DNA of 64,000 bases from Clostridiaceae bacterium Marseille-Q4149 (GCA_963644855.1 CAVIQL010000001.1:29105-93104); one strand, 5' to 3'. Numbered from the stretch's first letter, positions 48,101 through 57,834 are shown. Notes: generated from the sequence alone by a model not told the origin. Made by a program: numbers and translations.

Positions 48101-49870
48101 ATGGAAGAAATCAAAAACACTCCGCTGGAAAACTTCGACTGGGAAGCCTTTGAGAAAGGTACTATCGAAACAGCCGCTCAGAAAGAAAGCGAAGAAAAAG
48201 CCTACGACCAAACGCTCAACAAGGTAAGCGAGCACGAAGTTGTAGAAGGCAAAATCATAGCTCTCGACAAACGTCAAGCTATTGTGGACATAAGCTACAA
48301 AAGCGACGGCGTAATTCCTATCAGTGATTTTCGTTACAATCCCGACGTGAAAGTTGGTGATGTTGTTGAAGTTTACATCGAAAGTTTGGAGGATAAGAAA
48401 GGTCAGCTCCTTCTTTCCCACAAAAAAGCACGCGCACTCAAAGCATGGGATCGCGTTAACCAAGCTCTCGAAGACAAGGAGGTTATACAAGGTTATATTA
48501 AGAGTCGTACAAAAGGCGGCATGATTGTTGACGTATTCGGCATCGAAGCATTCTTGCCCGGCTCGCAGATTGACGTTAAGCCTATTCGCGATTACGATGT
48601 GTTCGTTGGCAAAACAATGGAATTCCAGGTTGTGAAAATCAATCAGGAATATCGTAACGTTATTGTTTCACACAAGGCTCTTATCGAGGCAGAACTCGAA
48701 GCTCAGAAGAAAGAAATTATCAGCAAACTCCAGAAAGGCCAGGTACTCGAAGGTATTGTTAAGAACATTACAACCTACGGCGTATTTATCGACCTTGGTG
48801 GTGTTGACGGACTTATTCATATCACCGACCTTTCTTGGGGACGTGTTAACGATCCGCACGACTTCGTTGAAATTGGTCAGAAACTCAATGTCGTTATCCT
48901 TGACTTTGACGATGAGAAGAAGCGTATCGCTCTCGGCTTGAAGCAACTTACTCCGCATCCATGGGATTCTCTTGATGCAAATCTTAAGGTTGGCGATCAC
49001 GTTAAGGGTAAAGTTATCGTTATCGCAGACTACGGCGCATTTGTAGAGATTGCTCCGGGTGTAGAAGGTCTTATTCACGTGAGCGAAATGAGCTGGAGTC
49101 AACACCTTCGCTCAGCACAGGATTTCCTTAAGGTAGGCGATGAAGTTGAAGCTGTAATTCTTTCGCTTAACCGCGAAGAGCGTAAAATGTCTCTCGGTTT
49201 GAAGCAACTCAAGGAAGATCCTTGGAAAGATATTGAAACCAAATATCCTGTTGGAAGCAAACATACTGCAAAAGTTCGCAACTTTACAAACTTCGGCGTG
49301 TTTGTTGAACTCGAAGAAGGTATCGACGGTCTTATCCACATTTCCGACCTTTCTTGGACAAAGAAGATCAAACACCCGTCAGAGTTCACTCAGATTGGTG
49401 CAGACATCGAAGTTAGCGTTCTCGAAATCGACAAGGAAAATCGTCGTTTGAGCCTTGGCCACAAACAACTCGAAGACAATCCTTGGGACGTATTTGAAAC
49501 AGTATTCACAGTAGGTTCTGTTCACGAGGGTACTATTGTAAACCTTATGGACAAGGGTGCTACCGTTCAGCTTGAGTATGGTGTTGAAGGTTTCGTAACT
49601 CCTAAACATCTTACTAAGGAAGATGGTTCTAAGGCAAAACTTAACGAGAAACTTCCGTTCAAGGTTATTGAATTCAACAAGGACAGCCATCGTATTATTC
49701 TCTCTCACAGCCGTACATTCGAAGAGAATGCACACGAAGAGAAGCATAACACGAGCAAGGCTCCCAAGAAAGATGATGGAGTACAGATAAAGAATCAGGC
49801 TGCTGCCAACTCTCTTGGTGATATCGACGCTTTGGCTGAGTTGAAAGCTAAGATGGAAAAAGGAGAGTAA
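48101..49870 (+). CDS. rpsA: 30S ribosomal protein S1
   Basis: 589 aa, six S1 (OB-fold) repeats (e.g. G.V.N.T.YGVF..L.G.DGLIH.S). Confidence 0.95.
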   Translation: MEEIKNTPLENFDWEAFEKGTIETAAQKESEEKAYDQTLNKVSEHEVVEGKIIALDKRQAIVDISYKSDGVIPISDFRYNPDVKVGDVVEVYIESLEDKKGQLLLSHKKARALKAWDRVNQALEDKEVIQGYIKSRTKGGMIVDVFGIEAFLPGSQIDVKPIRDYDVFVGKTMEFQVVKINQEYRNVIVSHKALIEAELEAQKKEIISKLQKGQVLEGIVKNITTYGVFIDLGGVDGLIHITDLSWGRVNDPHDFVEIGQKLNVVILDFDDEKKRIALGLKQLTPHPWDSLDANLKVGDHVKGKVIVIADYGAFVEIAPGVEGLIHVSEMSWSQHLRSAQDFLKVGDEVEAVILSLNREERKMSLGLKQLKEDPWKDIETKYPVGSKHTAKVRNFTNFGVFVELEEGIDGLIHISDLSWTKKIKHPSEFTQIGADIEVSVLEIDKENRRLSLGHKQLEDNPWDVFETVFTVGSVHEGTIVNLMDKGATVQLEYGVEGFVTPKHLTKEDGSKAKLNEKLPFKVIEFNKDSHRIILSHSRTFEENAHEEKHNTSKAPKKDDGVQIKNQAAANSLGDIDALAELKAKMEKGE

Positions 49871-49897
49871 TCTGTAACATTTTTCCAGAATAAATAA

Positions 49898-49937
49898 AAG
49901 AAGGGAATGTCCTTTGGGGCGTTCCTTTCTTTTTTTT
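49898..49937 (+). terminator. rpsA terminator
   Basis: aaagaagggaatg...cgttcctttc hairpin (G-U pairs) followed by T8. Confidence 0.65.
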
Positions 49938-50260
49938 GTTTGTGATTTTATCCTACGTTATGAAAACGCAATACGGATATCTGGCTATTATGTAGCTGTA
50001 CTGTTTGTCGATATTGGGCGATAGTCTGTTGATACTCCTTTGAGCAACAATTTATGCTCAAAGGAAAATAGTTTTTCAAGGCATGAGTTTGTGCAACTGG
50101 TGGCATGAGTTTTGAAAATCAACCGACGAGTTGGGAAAGAGACCATTGTGTTCGGCAAAATTACCAATGGACTTTTTTCGTCGAACTCACGTTAGCTTAG
50201 GTCTTCCTCGTTTTTTATTTATAATAACCGATGGAAATTTAAGGTGGAGTAGGGGAATAC

Positions 50261-50294
50261 AAAAAATCGCAGGGCGTTTTGCCGCTCTGCGATT
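50261..50294 (-). terminator. Terminator of the minus-strand DUF1080/TIM-barrel genes
   Basis: Stem aatcgcag / ctgcgatt (50265-50272 / 50287-50294) plus an inner ggc/gcc pair. A T6 follows on the minus strand. Confidence 0.6.
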
Positions 50295-50321
50295 TTGTTT
50301 GTCGGGTAATCCCGTTTGGAA

Positions 50322-51083
50322 TTACAAGTTTCTAATCCAAATGTTTCTGAAACTTATTGGTTGGCTCTTATCGCCGTGGGATTGCAAAAGGATAGGACCT
50401 GCTCCGTGTTTCACGGTGCGCGGCAATCCGATAAATTCGGTAGTTCCAAGAATTTCGGTGTTGTTTTGCAGAATAACGCCGTTTTGTATCACCGTTACAC
50501 GGGGACGTGAACGATATGTGCCGTCTTCTTTAAACACCGGTGCGGTGTAAATAATGTCGTAAACGTTCCATTCGCCCGGTTTACGCATAGCGTTTGCGAG
50601 CGGTGCGCTTTGCTTGTAAATACTACCAGCCATTCCGTTGACGTAGGTCTTGTTGTTGTAGTTGTCAAGCACTTGTATTTCATACATGCCTTGTAGATAG
50701 ATGCCGCTGTTGCCTCTCAATTGGTCGGAACCCTCAATGTCTTTGGGCACGCACCATTCTATATGCAATTGAAAATCGTTGAATTTGTCCTTTGTTTGGA
50801 TATCGCCTTTGCTCTTATCCACCGTGATTACGCCGTTTTTAACTTTCCATTCAGCAGGACCGCCATTAGGGCTTTCCCATTTGGAGAGGTCTTTCCCGTC
50901 GAAGAGAACGATTGCGTCGGAAGGGGCTGTAAAACCTCCACCTTTGATTTCTGTTCCCGGAGTTACAACAGGAGGTTCGGGAGTGTACCATTCTGTCATT
51001 TCATGGGTCATCTTGTTTTGCGCACCGGCAGTTGCTGCCGAGAAAACAACGAGACTCGCAATAAAAATGTTTTTACAGTTCAT
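50322..51083 (-). CDS. Secreted DUF1080 (3-keto-disaccharide hydrolase family) protein
   Basis: Signal peptide; W.V.NG.I...D..TK..F.DF.LH.EW...GNSG...EIQVLD...FRNIW.R pattern. Confidence 0.8.
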   Translation of the reverse strand: MNCKNIFIASLVVFSAATAGAQNKMTHEMTEWYTPEPPVVTPGTEIKGGGFTAPSDAIVLFDGKDLSKWESPNGGPAEWKVKNGVITVDKSKGDIQTKDKFNDFQLHIEWCVPKDIEGSDQLRGNSGIYLQGMYEIQVLDNYNNKTYVNGMAGSIYKQSAPLANAMRKPGEWNVYDIIYTAPVFKEDGTYRSRPRVTVIQNGVILQNNTEILGTTEFIGLPRTVKHGAGPILLQSHGDKSQPISFRNIWIRNL

Positions 51084-51093
51084 GTTTATATAG

Positions 51094-51987
51094 TTATTTT
51101 TTTCTGTAGGTCTTCTTTACAAACGGTGCTGCGTTAAGATAATCTGCACTTTCCTTAGCTTCTTCCATCACGGGGTGGCTATAACGTTCGATTTCTACTA
51201 CTTGATATTCCAATCCTGCGAGGGCTGCATTTTTGAATATCACATCGAAGCCCATTCCTCCGCTACCGCCAACTTCGTTCTCGTCTTTAACGTGGAAAAG
51301 TTTGAAACGACCGGGATATTTCTTGAAATAGTCGATGGGATAATTGCCCGAACGTACGCACCAGTAAAGATCGAGTTGGAAGAAAACGTATTTGGGATCA
51401 GTGTTTTGCAGCATGTAGTCGTATGCTTTCTGCCCTTCTACATCTACAAATTCGTGCTTGTGGTTGTGATAGCCGAACTTAATGCCTTGGGCAGCACATT
51501 TTTTGCCCACTGCATTATAGTAGTCGCAGTAAACTTTGAGCTGTTTCAATGTTTGGGGAATTTCCATCCATGGCATCACAATGTATGAAACTCCTGCCTT
51601 TTTGTGGTCGGCAATAGTCTTGTCCCACCATGCCAGCGACTGTGAGAAATCGCCCGAGTTGAGTTCCTCGTTTGAAAGGGCTTTTACAATGTGAGCCGAG
51701 AGCGACTCCATGCCAGCCTCTTCTACGGCTTGTTTATATTCTTCGGGAGTGAAACCATAGATTTCGCCTTTTCCTTGATCATAACTTGCAGTTTCAACAG
51801 CCGTATAGCCCATGTTGGAAAGATCGTTGAGCAGTTTTTTGAATTCTGCTTTGTCGCCATGTATAAGTTCGCGCACAGAGTAGAGCTGCAAACCAATCTG
51901 CTTTTTGTGTTTCCCGTTTTGAGCAGCCTGCATTCCCATCGGAAGTAATAGAAGTGCAGCAAACAGGGTTACTAAAATCTTCTTCAT
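51094..51987 (-). CDS. Secreted sugar phosphate isomerase/epimerase (xylose isomerase-like TIM barrel)
   Basis: Signal peptide; IGLQLYSVRE...GYTAVE...HNH.HEF...HVKD motifs. Confidence 0.8.
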   Translation of the reverse strand: MKKILVTLFAALLLLPMGMQAAQNGKHKKQIGLQLYSVRELIHGDKAEFKKLLNDLSNMGYTAVETASYDQGKGEIYGFTPEEYKQAVEEAGMESLSAHIVKALSNEELNSGDFSQSLAWWDKTIADHKKAGVSYIVMPWMEIPQTLKQLKVYCDYYNAVGKKCAAQGIKFGYHNHKHEFVDVEGQKAYDYMLQNTDPKYVFFQLDLYWCVRSGNYPIDYFKKYPGRFKLFHVKDENEVGGSGGMGFDVIFKNAALAGLEYQVVEIERYSHPVMEEAKESADYLNAAPFVKKTYRKK

Positions 51988-52011
51988 TTCTATAATATAT
52001 TTATCGTTTTT

Positions 52012-52112
52012 ACAATGTCCGATGTTTTTTAAAAAAGGTCTGATATTATTTGAAAAATACCTGACATTGTTTTTATAATATCCTATATAGTTTTTGTGAT
52101 AGTTTTTGTGAT
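52012..52112. repeat. Repeat family locus R13
   Basis: caatgtccgatgttttttaaaaaaggtctgatattatttgaaaaatacctgacattgtttttataatatcctatatagtttttgtg. Confidence 0.8.
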
Positions 52113-52126
52113 ACTTGTTTGGGTAT

Positions 52127-52164
52127 AAAAAATACCGCCGCCGGCATTGAAACCGTACGGCGGC
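52127..52164 (-). terminator. Terminator after the 52187..53074 gene
   Basis: Stem gccgccg / cggcggc (52137-52143 / 52158-52164) with a T-run on the minus strand. Confidence 0.5.
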
Positions 52165-52186
52165 ATTATATAGGGACCTAAAAAAG

Positions 52187-53074
52187 TTACTTCAAAATTT
52201 TCACTTTTATGTTGCGATACCAAACATCGTCTCCATGATCCTGGAATGCAATGTAACCTTCGTGGTTATCACCGCCCATGTTGAGGAGAAGTTGGTAAGC
52301 AATTGGGAAGTCGCCGTCAGCTTTGAACTTGCTGTTGTCGAGCATCTCCTTCCATTTCGGAGTCCAAAGGTGATATTCTACAACATTCTTGCCGTTCTGA
52401 CCGTGAATAACAGTTCCTTCGTAAACCATGATCTTACCTGTGTTCCATTCGCCATAAGGTTTAGCGTTTTGAGGCTTGGCAGGAATCATATCATATAGGG
52501 AAGCAGACTGACGATTGCCGTCAACGCCGAGCTGTGCATCGGGGTGATTGCCATTGTCGAGTATCTGGTATTCCGAAGCCGACTGCCAAATAGGAAGGTA
52601 TTCGTCCTTGCCATTGTTTTTGGTTGTAACTTCTTGCGCAAGATAAAGCACACCCGAATTAGCTCCCTTGGAAACTTTGTATTCAAAGGTAAGTTCGAAA
52701 TTCTTGAACTTGTGTGCAAAGAGAAGGTCGCCGCCGTTTACGCCGCCGCCTTCGCCGTTGCCAGAACCTTTAAGATGGATTGCACCTTCGTCAACGTTCC
52801 AATCAGAACCGGCTTTGTCTTTGCCATAGCAACGCCAACCGTCGAGAGTTTTGCCATCGAAGATTGTGATGTAGCCGTCCTTGTCAACCGGAAGTTTGCT
52901 GATATCGATCTGAGGTTTCTCTACAACAGTGTAGTTAACGTCATCGGCAACAGCACTATCCTTCTGGGCTGCACAAGTACAACCGGAGCAACTACAATTG
53001 CAATCACATTTTTTGTTACCGCAGGAAACAAGCATAAGAGCACATGCTGCTACGGTTAATATAGTTTGTTTCAT
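52187..53074 (-). CDS. DUF1080 family lipoprotein with a Cys-rich N-terminal linker
   Basis: Lipobox MLVSCG followed by NKKCDCNCSCSGCTC, then DUF1080 motifs (W...G.I...FEL..E.K...GANSG...EYQILDN...WYRNIKVK). Confidence 0.8.
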   Translation of the reverse strand: MKQTILTVAACALMLVSCGNKKCDCNCSCSGCTCAAQKDSAVADDVNYTVVEKPQIDISKLPVDKDGYITIFDGKTLDGWRCYGKDKAGSDWNVDEGAIHLKGSGNGEGGGVNGGDLLFAHKFKNFELTFEYKVSKGANSGVLYLAQEVTTKNNGKDEYLPIWQSASEYQILDNGNHPDAQLGVDGNRQSASLYDMIPAKPQNAKPYGEWNTGKIMVYEGTVIHGQNGKNVVEYHLWTPKWKEMLDNSKFKADGDFPIAYQLLLNMGGDNHEGYIAFQDHGDDVWYRNIKVKILK

Positions 53075-53093
53075 AATTGTGTCGTTAAATTGA

Positions 53094-53954
53094 TTATTTC
53101 AAAATCTTTACTTTGATGTTCTTGAACCATACATCATCGCCGTGGTCCTGGAAACCAATGAATCCTTCGTGGAGGTCGCCACCGGCATTATTGAATGCGT
53201 GGAATGCAGCAGGCCATGCAGCTTCGCTGAACTTACTTGTTTGGAGAAGTTTTGTCCATTCGGGAGTCCAAAGTTTGTATTCCACAACCTTTACACCGTT
53301 CTGGAAATGGGTAACAGTACCATTGTCAACACGGATAACAGTGTTGTTCCATTCTCCGAAAGGCTTTTGGTTTTGAGGATTTGCGGGAATAAGGTCATAG
53401 AGAGAACTTGACTTACGATTGCCGTCTTTGCCCAATTTTGCATCGGGGTGGTTTTCGTTGTCAAGCACTTGGCTTTCAAGACCAGAAACAACAATCGATT
53501 CTACATCGCCATTCTGGTTGGTGAGTTCCTGTGCAAGGTAGAAAATACCAGAGTTACCAGCTTTGCAAACCTTCCAATCGATTGAAACTTCGAAATTCTT
53601 GAATTTGTGAGCGAAGATAATGTCGCCACCTTCCTTGTTCTTGCGCTTTTCTTCGGGAGTTTGGTTGCCCATGAAATGAATAGCGCCGTCTTCAACTACC
53701 CAACGAGAAGGAACATAGTTCTTGGCATATCCTCTCCAGCCTTTCATTGTCTGACCGTCAAAGATGCTGATGTAACCTTTGCTATCAATGGGAAAATCAA
53801 ATTTGTCCCATTCTTCAGGGCCTTGGAAACCCTGAGAACAACAAATAGTAACGACACCTTTTTGAGAGCCTGTCTTTGCTTTTGTCTTCGGTGTGCCGGC
53901 ACTTACATTAATTGCCATTGCCAAGCACAACGCACTAAATAATATCTTTTTCAT
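53094..53954 (-). CDS. Secreted DUF1080 family protein
   Basis: Start moved to ATG 53954 (MKKILFSALCLAMAINVSAG). Paralog of the 52187..53074 protein. Confidence 0.8.
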   Translation of the reverse strand: MKKILFSALCLAMAINVSAGTPKTKAKTGSQKGVVTICCSQGFQGPEEWDKFDFPIDSKGYISIFDGQTMKGWRGYAKNYVPSRWVVEDGAIHFMGNQTPEEKRKNKEGGDIIFAHKFKNFEVSIDWKVCKAGNSGIFYLAQELTNQNGDVESIVVSGLESQVLDNENHPDAKLGKDGNRKSSSLYDLIPANPQNQKPFGEWNNTVIRVDNGTVTHFQNGVKVVEYKLWTPEWTKLLQTSKFSEAAWPAAFHAFNNAGGDLHEGFIGFQDHGDDVWFKNIKVKILK

Positions 53955-53976
53955 TATGAAATTTCTTTTATTGTAA

Positions 53977-55461
53977 TTACAATGTGGGGAGCTCAGGTAG
54001 TGTCCAACCCTCTCTGTAAACGGGCTTGATAAGACTCTGAGCGTATTCGTTAGCATTAACAGGCTCGCTGTATTTGCGGTCGAATGTCGGGTGTCCGTCG
54101 TGGATTTGGAATTTGTCCTCGATGATGCTGCGAATTTGAGCGTTTGCAGGAATGTTGGTGAACTTCATGTTCTTGCCATCCCACTTGAGCCACTGGTGCA
54201 ACTCTTGCAAACGAACAGCTACGCAACCAATAACAACCATTTCGTTCAACGGTCCTGATACGCTGAAGTCTGAAGCACTCGGTACACGATTTTCTGCGCT
54301 TTCTTTGCAAGCACGAATCCAGTCTTGTTGGTGATTGTCGTTCTTTACGATACGTTGCAATTCGGGAACTTTGGGATTGCGACCTGATACCAAGAAAGGA
54401 TTGGAGCCATATGTACCAACAACCATGGTATCTTTCGTTCCATAATAAACGGTTACGCCATTGGGATCGAATTGCTTGCCTTCGGGCATATCGAAAGGAA
54501 GTTCGGGGGTAATACCACCATCGTACCAATTGAGAACAACTGGAGGACAACCCATCTTCTTCATGTTGTCGCGAGCGGGGAAGTGGTATGTAATCTTCTC
54601 AGCAGAAGGACACGAATCTGTCATCAACATAGTAGAACTACCAATGATTTCGTCAGGATATCCAAGGTTCAACCCCATTGATGCTACTTGAAGAATGTGG
54701 TTTGCCATGTCGCCGAGTGCACCGCTTCCGAAGTCCCACCAGCCGCGGAAGTTCCACGGAGTGTAGATAGAGTTGTAGTCGCGATATTTTGCCGGACCGA
54801 TGAATACGTCCCAATCCAAAGTGTCGGGAATAGACATCTTTTCTTTAGGAGTAGCAATACCTTGCGGCCAAATAGGACGGTTTGTGAAAGAGTCTACACG
54901 AGTTACTTCACCAATTTCACCATTCCACAACCAATTAATAGCTTGGCGAGTTCCAGAACTGGAAGCTCCTTGGTTACCCATCTGGGTAGCAACTTTATAT
55001 TTCTTTGCAAGCATTGTGAGCAAACGAGACTCATATACATATAGAGTCATAGGTTTCTCAACATATACGTGCTTGCCAGCCATTATAGCGTTTGCAGCGA
55101 TGATAGCGTGGGTATGGTCGGCTGTCGCAACCATAACTGCGTCTGCACTTTTCAGCATCTCGTCATACATCTTGCGCCAATCCTTGTAGCGTTTTGCCTT
55201 AGGATATTTGTCGAAAATGTGCTTTGCGTAGTTCCAGTCTACATCGGCAAGTCCGATAATGTTTTCTGTTTCCATCTCTGCCAAGTCAGCAGCACCACGA
55301 CCGCCGACACCAACGCCGAGAATGTTAAGTTTATCACTTGGGGATTTATGCCCATAAGTTTTGCCAAGTACAGAACTCGGCACAATGCTCGGGGCAATAA
55401 TCATGCCCGCCATAGCTGCACTTCCTTTTTTAAGGAAATCGCGTCTTGAAATTTTAGCCAT
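53977..55461 (-). CDS. Tat-exported Gfo/Idh/MocA family oxidoreductase (glycoside 3-dehydrogenase-like)
   Basis: Twin-arginine signal MAKISRRDFLKKGSAAMAG; Rossmann LNILGVGVGGRG. Confidence 0.85.
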   Translation of the reverse strand: MAKISRRDFLKKGSAAMAGMIIAPSIVPSSVLGKTYGHKSPSDKLNILGVGVGGRGAADLAEMETENIIGLADVDWNYAKHIFDKYPKAKRYKDWRKMYDEMLKSADAVMVATADHTHAIIAANAIMAGKHVYVEKPMTLYVYESRLLTMLAKKYKVATQMGNQGASSSGTRQAINWLWNGEIGEVTRVDSFTNRPIWPQGIATPKEKMSIPDTLDWDVFIGPAKYRDYNSIYTPWNFRGWWDFGSGALGDMANHILQVASMGLNLGYPDEIIGSSTMLMTDSCPSAEKITYHFPARDNMKKMGCPPVVLNWYDGGITPELPFDMPEGKQFDPNGVTVYYGTKDTMVVGTYGSNPFLVSGRNPKVPELQRIVKNDNHQQDWIRACKESAENRVPSASDFSVSGPLNEMVVIGCVAVRLQELHQWLKWDGKNMKFTNIPANAQIRSIIEDKFQIHDGHPTFDRKYSEPVNANEYAQSLIKPVYREGWTLPELPTL

Positions 55462-55520
55462 AACTTTTTAGGTTAGTTTGTTTTTTAGGTTATTTATTGT
55501 TGCTTTGTATTTGGTTTTGT

Positions 55521-56600
55521 TCAGAATTCACGTCGATGAAGCAGTCCGTAACCGTCTTTTAAGTTTCTGCGATGCTCGTGTATTTCTTCGAGAGTTTCAA
55601 GATCTCCAATAGAAGGTAGTTCGTGCTTTTTGCTGTCTTCAAAGAATTTCCAAGCATATTCGGAAGCGATAGCCGAATCACGTAGAGTAGGAAGTTGTGA
55701 GTCTAGTTTACCATCATCAATACTCTTTGCAAAACGGTTGCACATTACATCGATGTTTTTGCCTCCAAAAGGAAGACGGGTAACAATAGTGTTGTTTATT
55801 CCGTGAAGGTCTACTACTGCTGTTTTGAAATCGTGCGTCATGCGTACAATTCCCTTTGTTCCTATAAGATCTACGTAGGATAAATGGGTCTGTTCTTTTG
55901 ACAATTGTCCATACACAAATCCTTGAGTTATGTCGAATGCAATGCCATTTTCAAAAGTTCCGTGGCATTGCACCCACCATGGATCTTTGTAATTCCACAT
56001 TCTTACGCCTTGGGAATGCCATGTCTTATATTCTGATTCTGCATACCAACGTGCGATATCAACATAGTGCATGCCGCAATCGTGAAAGGCAGGACCTTCG
56101 TATTCGTGTCCTTCGCCCGGAGCAAGTCCTGGAGTCATGTGGCAAACGCGAATTATAGCAAGTTCACCCAATTCTCCTTCGTTGATATACTGTTTCATTT
56201 TACTATGATACCATGAATTTCGAAGATAAAGGTTTACTGTCGCGAGTTTGTCGGAACTTTCAACGGCTTTCACCGATTCCCATTCTCTTTCTAAAGTATC
56301 TCCGATAGGTTTTTCAGAAATTATGTGTTTGCCATATTCTACGGCTTTAAGAATCTGATTATGGCGTAAATTTGCGAGAGTGCAAAGAGCTACGGTGTCA
56401 ACGCTTTCGTCTTCAAAGATTTCTTGTTCGTTTGCAACTACTTTAGAATTGGGCGACAATTGTTTGGCATAGTTGCGTGCGTTTTCGTCTACATCACAAA
56501 TGTAGGCCACTTTCCAATCGGGGCAAGATTGCAAATAATGTAGATATTTTGCTCCCATGCGACCAAATCCGATCAGACCTATTTTCTTTTCTGAATTCAT
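55521..56600 (-). CDS. Gfo/Idh/MocA family oxidoreductase (no signal peptide)
   Basis: KIGLIGFGRMGAKY Rossmann motif; start moved to ATG 56600. Confidence 0.8.
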   Translation of the reverse strand: MNSEKKIGLIGFGRMGAKYLHYLQSCPDWKVAYICDVDENARNYAKQLSPNSKVVANEQEIFEDESVDTVALCTLANLRHNQILKAVEYGKHIISEKPIGDTLEREWESVKAVESSDKLATVNLYLRNSWYHSKMKQYINEGELGELAIIRVCHMTPGLAPGEGHEYEGPAFHDCGMHYVDIARWYAESEYKTWHSQGVRMWNYKDPWWVQCHGTFENGIAFDITQGFVYGQLSKEQTHLSYVDLIGTKGIVRMTHDFKTAVVDLHGINNTIVTRLPFGGKNIDVMCNRFAKSIDDGKLDSQLPTLRDSAIASEYAWKFFEDSKKHELPSIGDLETLEEIHEHRRNLKDGYGLLHRREF

Positions 56601-56798
56601 ATTATTCGTTAGTATCTTTCTATTGTCCTTTTTCAGCTTGCAGTTTATCAAGTGTAAAAGTACTTATTTGTTTTTATATATAGTGTGTTGGTTCCGCCTT
56701 AATTGCATCTTTTCTTTTGATTTTAAAATGTTTTTTGATTTTTGTCGCTTGTAATGATGCTAAAATCTTGTTTTTGCGCAATGTTTTTAACGATTTGA

Positions 56799-57611
56799 TT
56801 AATCGTCATCTTCTTTTGGGGCGGGTTTCACGAGCAAGGCACTGAATTCCCATAAGATGTAAATAGGAAGGAATACGGCCATGAGCGTGAACGGGTCGGA
56901 AGAAGGTGTTATCACTGCGGCAACAATAAGCAGAACAACAATTGCGTGTCGACGATATTTCTTGAAGAAAGCACGATTGAGTATTCCTATTTTAGAGAGT
57001 AGGGCAGAAACTAACGGGAGTTCAAAGATTATTCCCATCATAAACACGAGCATAAGAAAGTTGTTCATGTATGAATCGAGGGACAGTTGATTAGTAATCT
57101 CTGGACTTATTTGGTAGGTGTATAGGAAACGGAGTGTAAGCGGGAATACAAGGGCGTACCCCACGAAGCAACCGAGAAAAAACATTACTGTGCCGAAAAT
57201 GAATGCCTTTTCGGTGCGTCGCCTTTCGTTCTTGTAGAGTGCCGGACATACAAAACGCCAAATTTCAAAGACTATGTAGGGAAATGCCACGAGGAGTGCG
57301 AACCAAAATGACAACGAAACTTGCAGAAAAAACTGCGAGGGAAGTTTTATGTTTATAATGTTTACGTTGAATTGTTCGGTGAAATTGTCGGGCGCTAGTG
57401 GAACGATAGAACTTAGTTTCGCAAGATAGCGATAAAGAAAGAAGTCGTTGCGACAAGGTGCCATTATCACGTGGTCAAAAAGCCATGGAATAAAGCCAAA
57501 GCCGCCTACCACCAAAATGGCGATAGCTATAAACGATCTTATAAGCATCCATCTTAACGCCTCAAGATGATCCCAAAACGTCATTTCCTGAAGTTGGGTG
57601 TTTTGCTCCAT
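56799..57611 (-). CDS. tatC: Twin-arginine translocase subunit TatC
   Basis: MTFWDHLEALRWMLIRS N-terminus and 6 TM helices; start moved to ATG 57611. Confidence 0.9.
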   Translation of the reverse strand: MEQNTQLQEMTFWDHLEALRWMLIRSFIAIAILVVGGFGFIPWLFDHVIMAPCRNDFFLYRYLAKLSSIVPLAPDNFTEQFNVNIINIKLPSQFFLQVSLSFWFALLVAFPYIVFEIWRFVCPALYKNERRRTEKAFIFGTVMFFLGCFVGYALVFPLTLRFLYTYQISPEITNQLSLDSYMNNFLMLVFMMGIIFELPLVSALLSKIGILNRAFFKKYRRHAIVVLLIVAAVITPSSDPFTLMAVFLPIYILWEFSALLVKPAPKEDDD

Positions 57612-57618
57612 TTCTTTT

Positions 57619-57834
57619 TTAGTCTTCTTTTGGTTGGTTGTTGTCGGTGTCGTCTTTTTTCTCGTCGTCGATTTGCACATCTTTCTTGATTTCTTCTTCC
57701 ACGCCGTTCATGCCGCGTTTAAAATCGCGTATGCCTTTGCCTACGCCGTGCATCAGTTCGGGAAGTTTTTTTCCTCCAAAGAGGAATAGTATTACGATGG
57801 CAATTATAATTACTTCGGGCATTCCTAAGTTCAT
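57619..57834 (-). CDS. tatA: Twin-arginine translocase subunit TatA/E
   Basis: MNLGMPEVIIIAIVILFLFGGKKLPEL...GKGIRDFK; start 57834 or 57822. The longer upstream ORF extension is rejected. Confidence 0.88.
   Translation of the reverse strand: MNLGMPEVIIIAIVILFLFGGKKLPELMHGVGKGIRDFKRGMNGVEEEIKKDVQIDDEKKDDTDNNQPKED

Noticed and set aside
50131-50550. 139-aa plus-strand ORF
   Set aside because: It starts at a non-ATG codon in a gene-free gap and runs antisense into the DUF1080 gene. It has no motifs.
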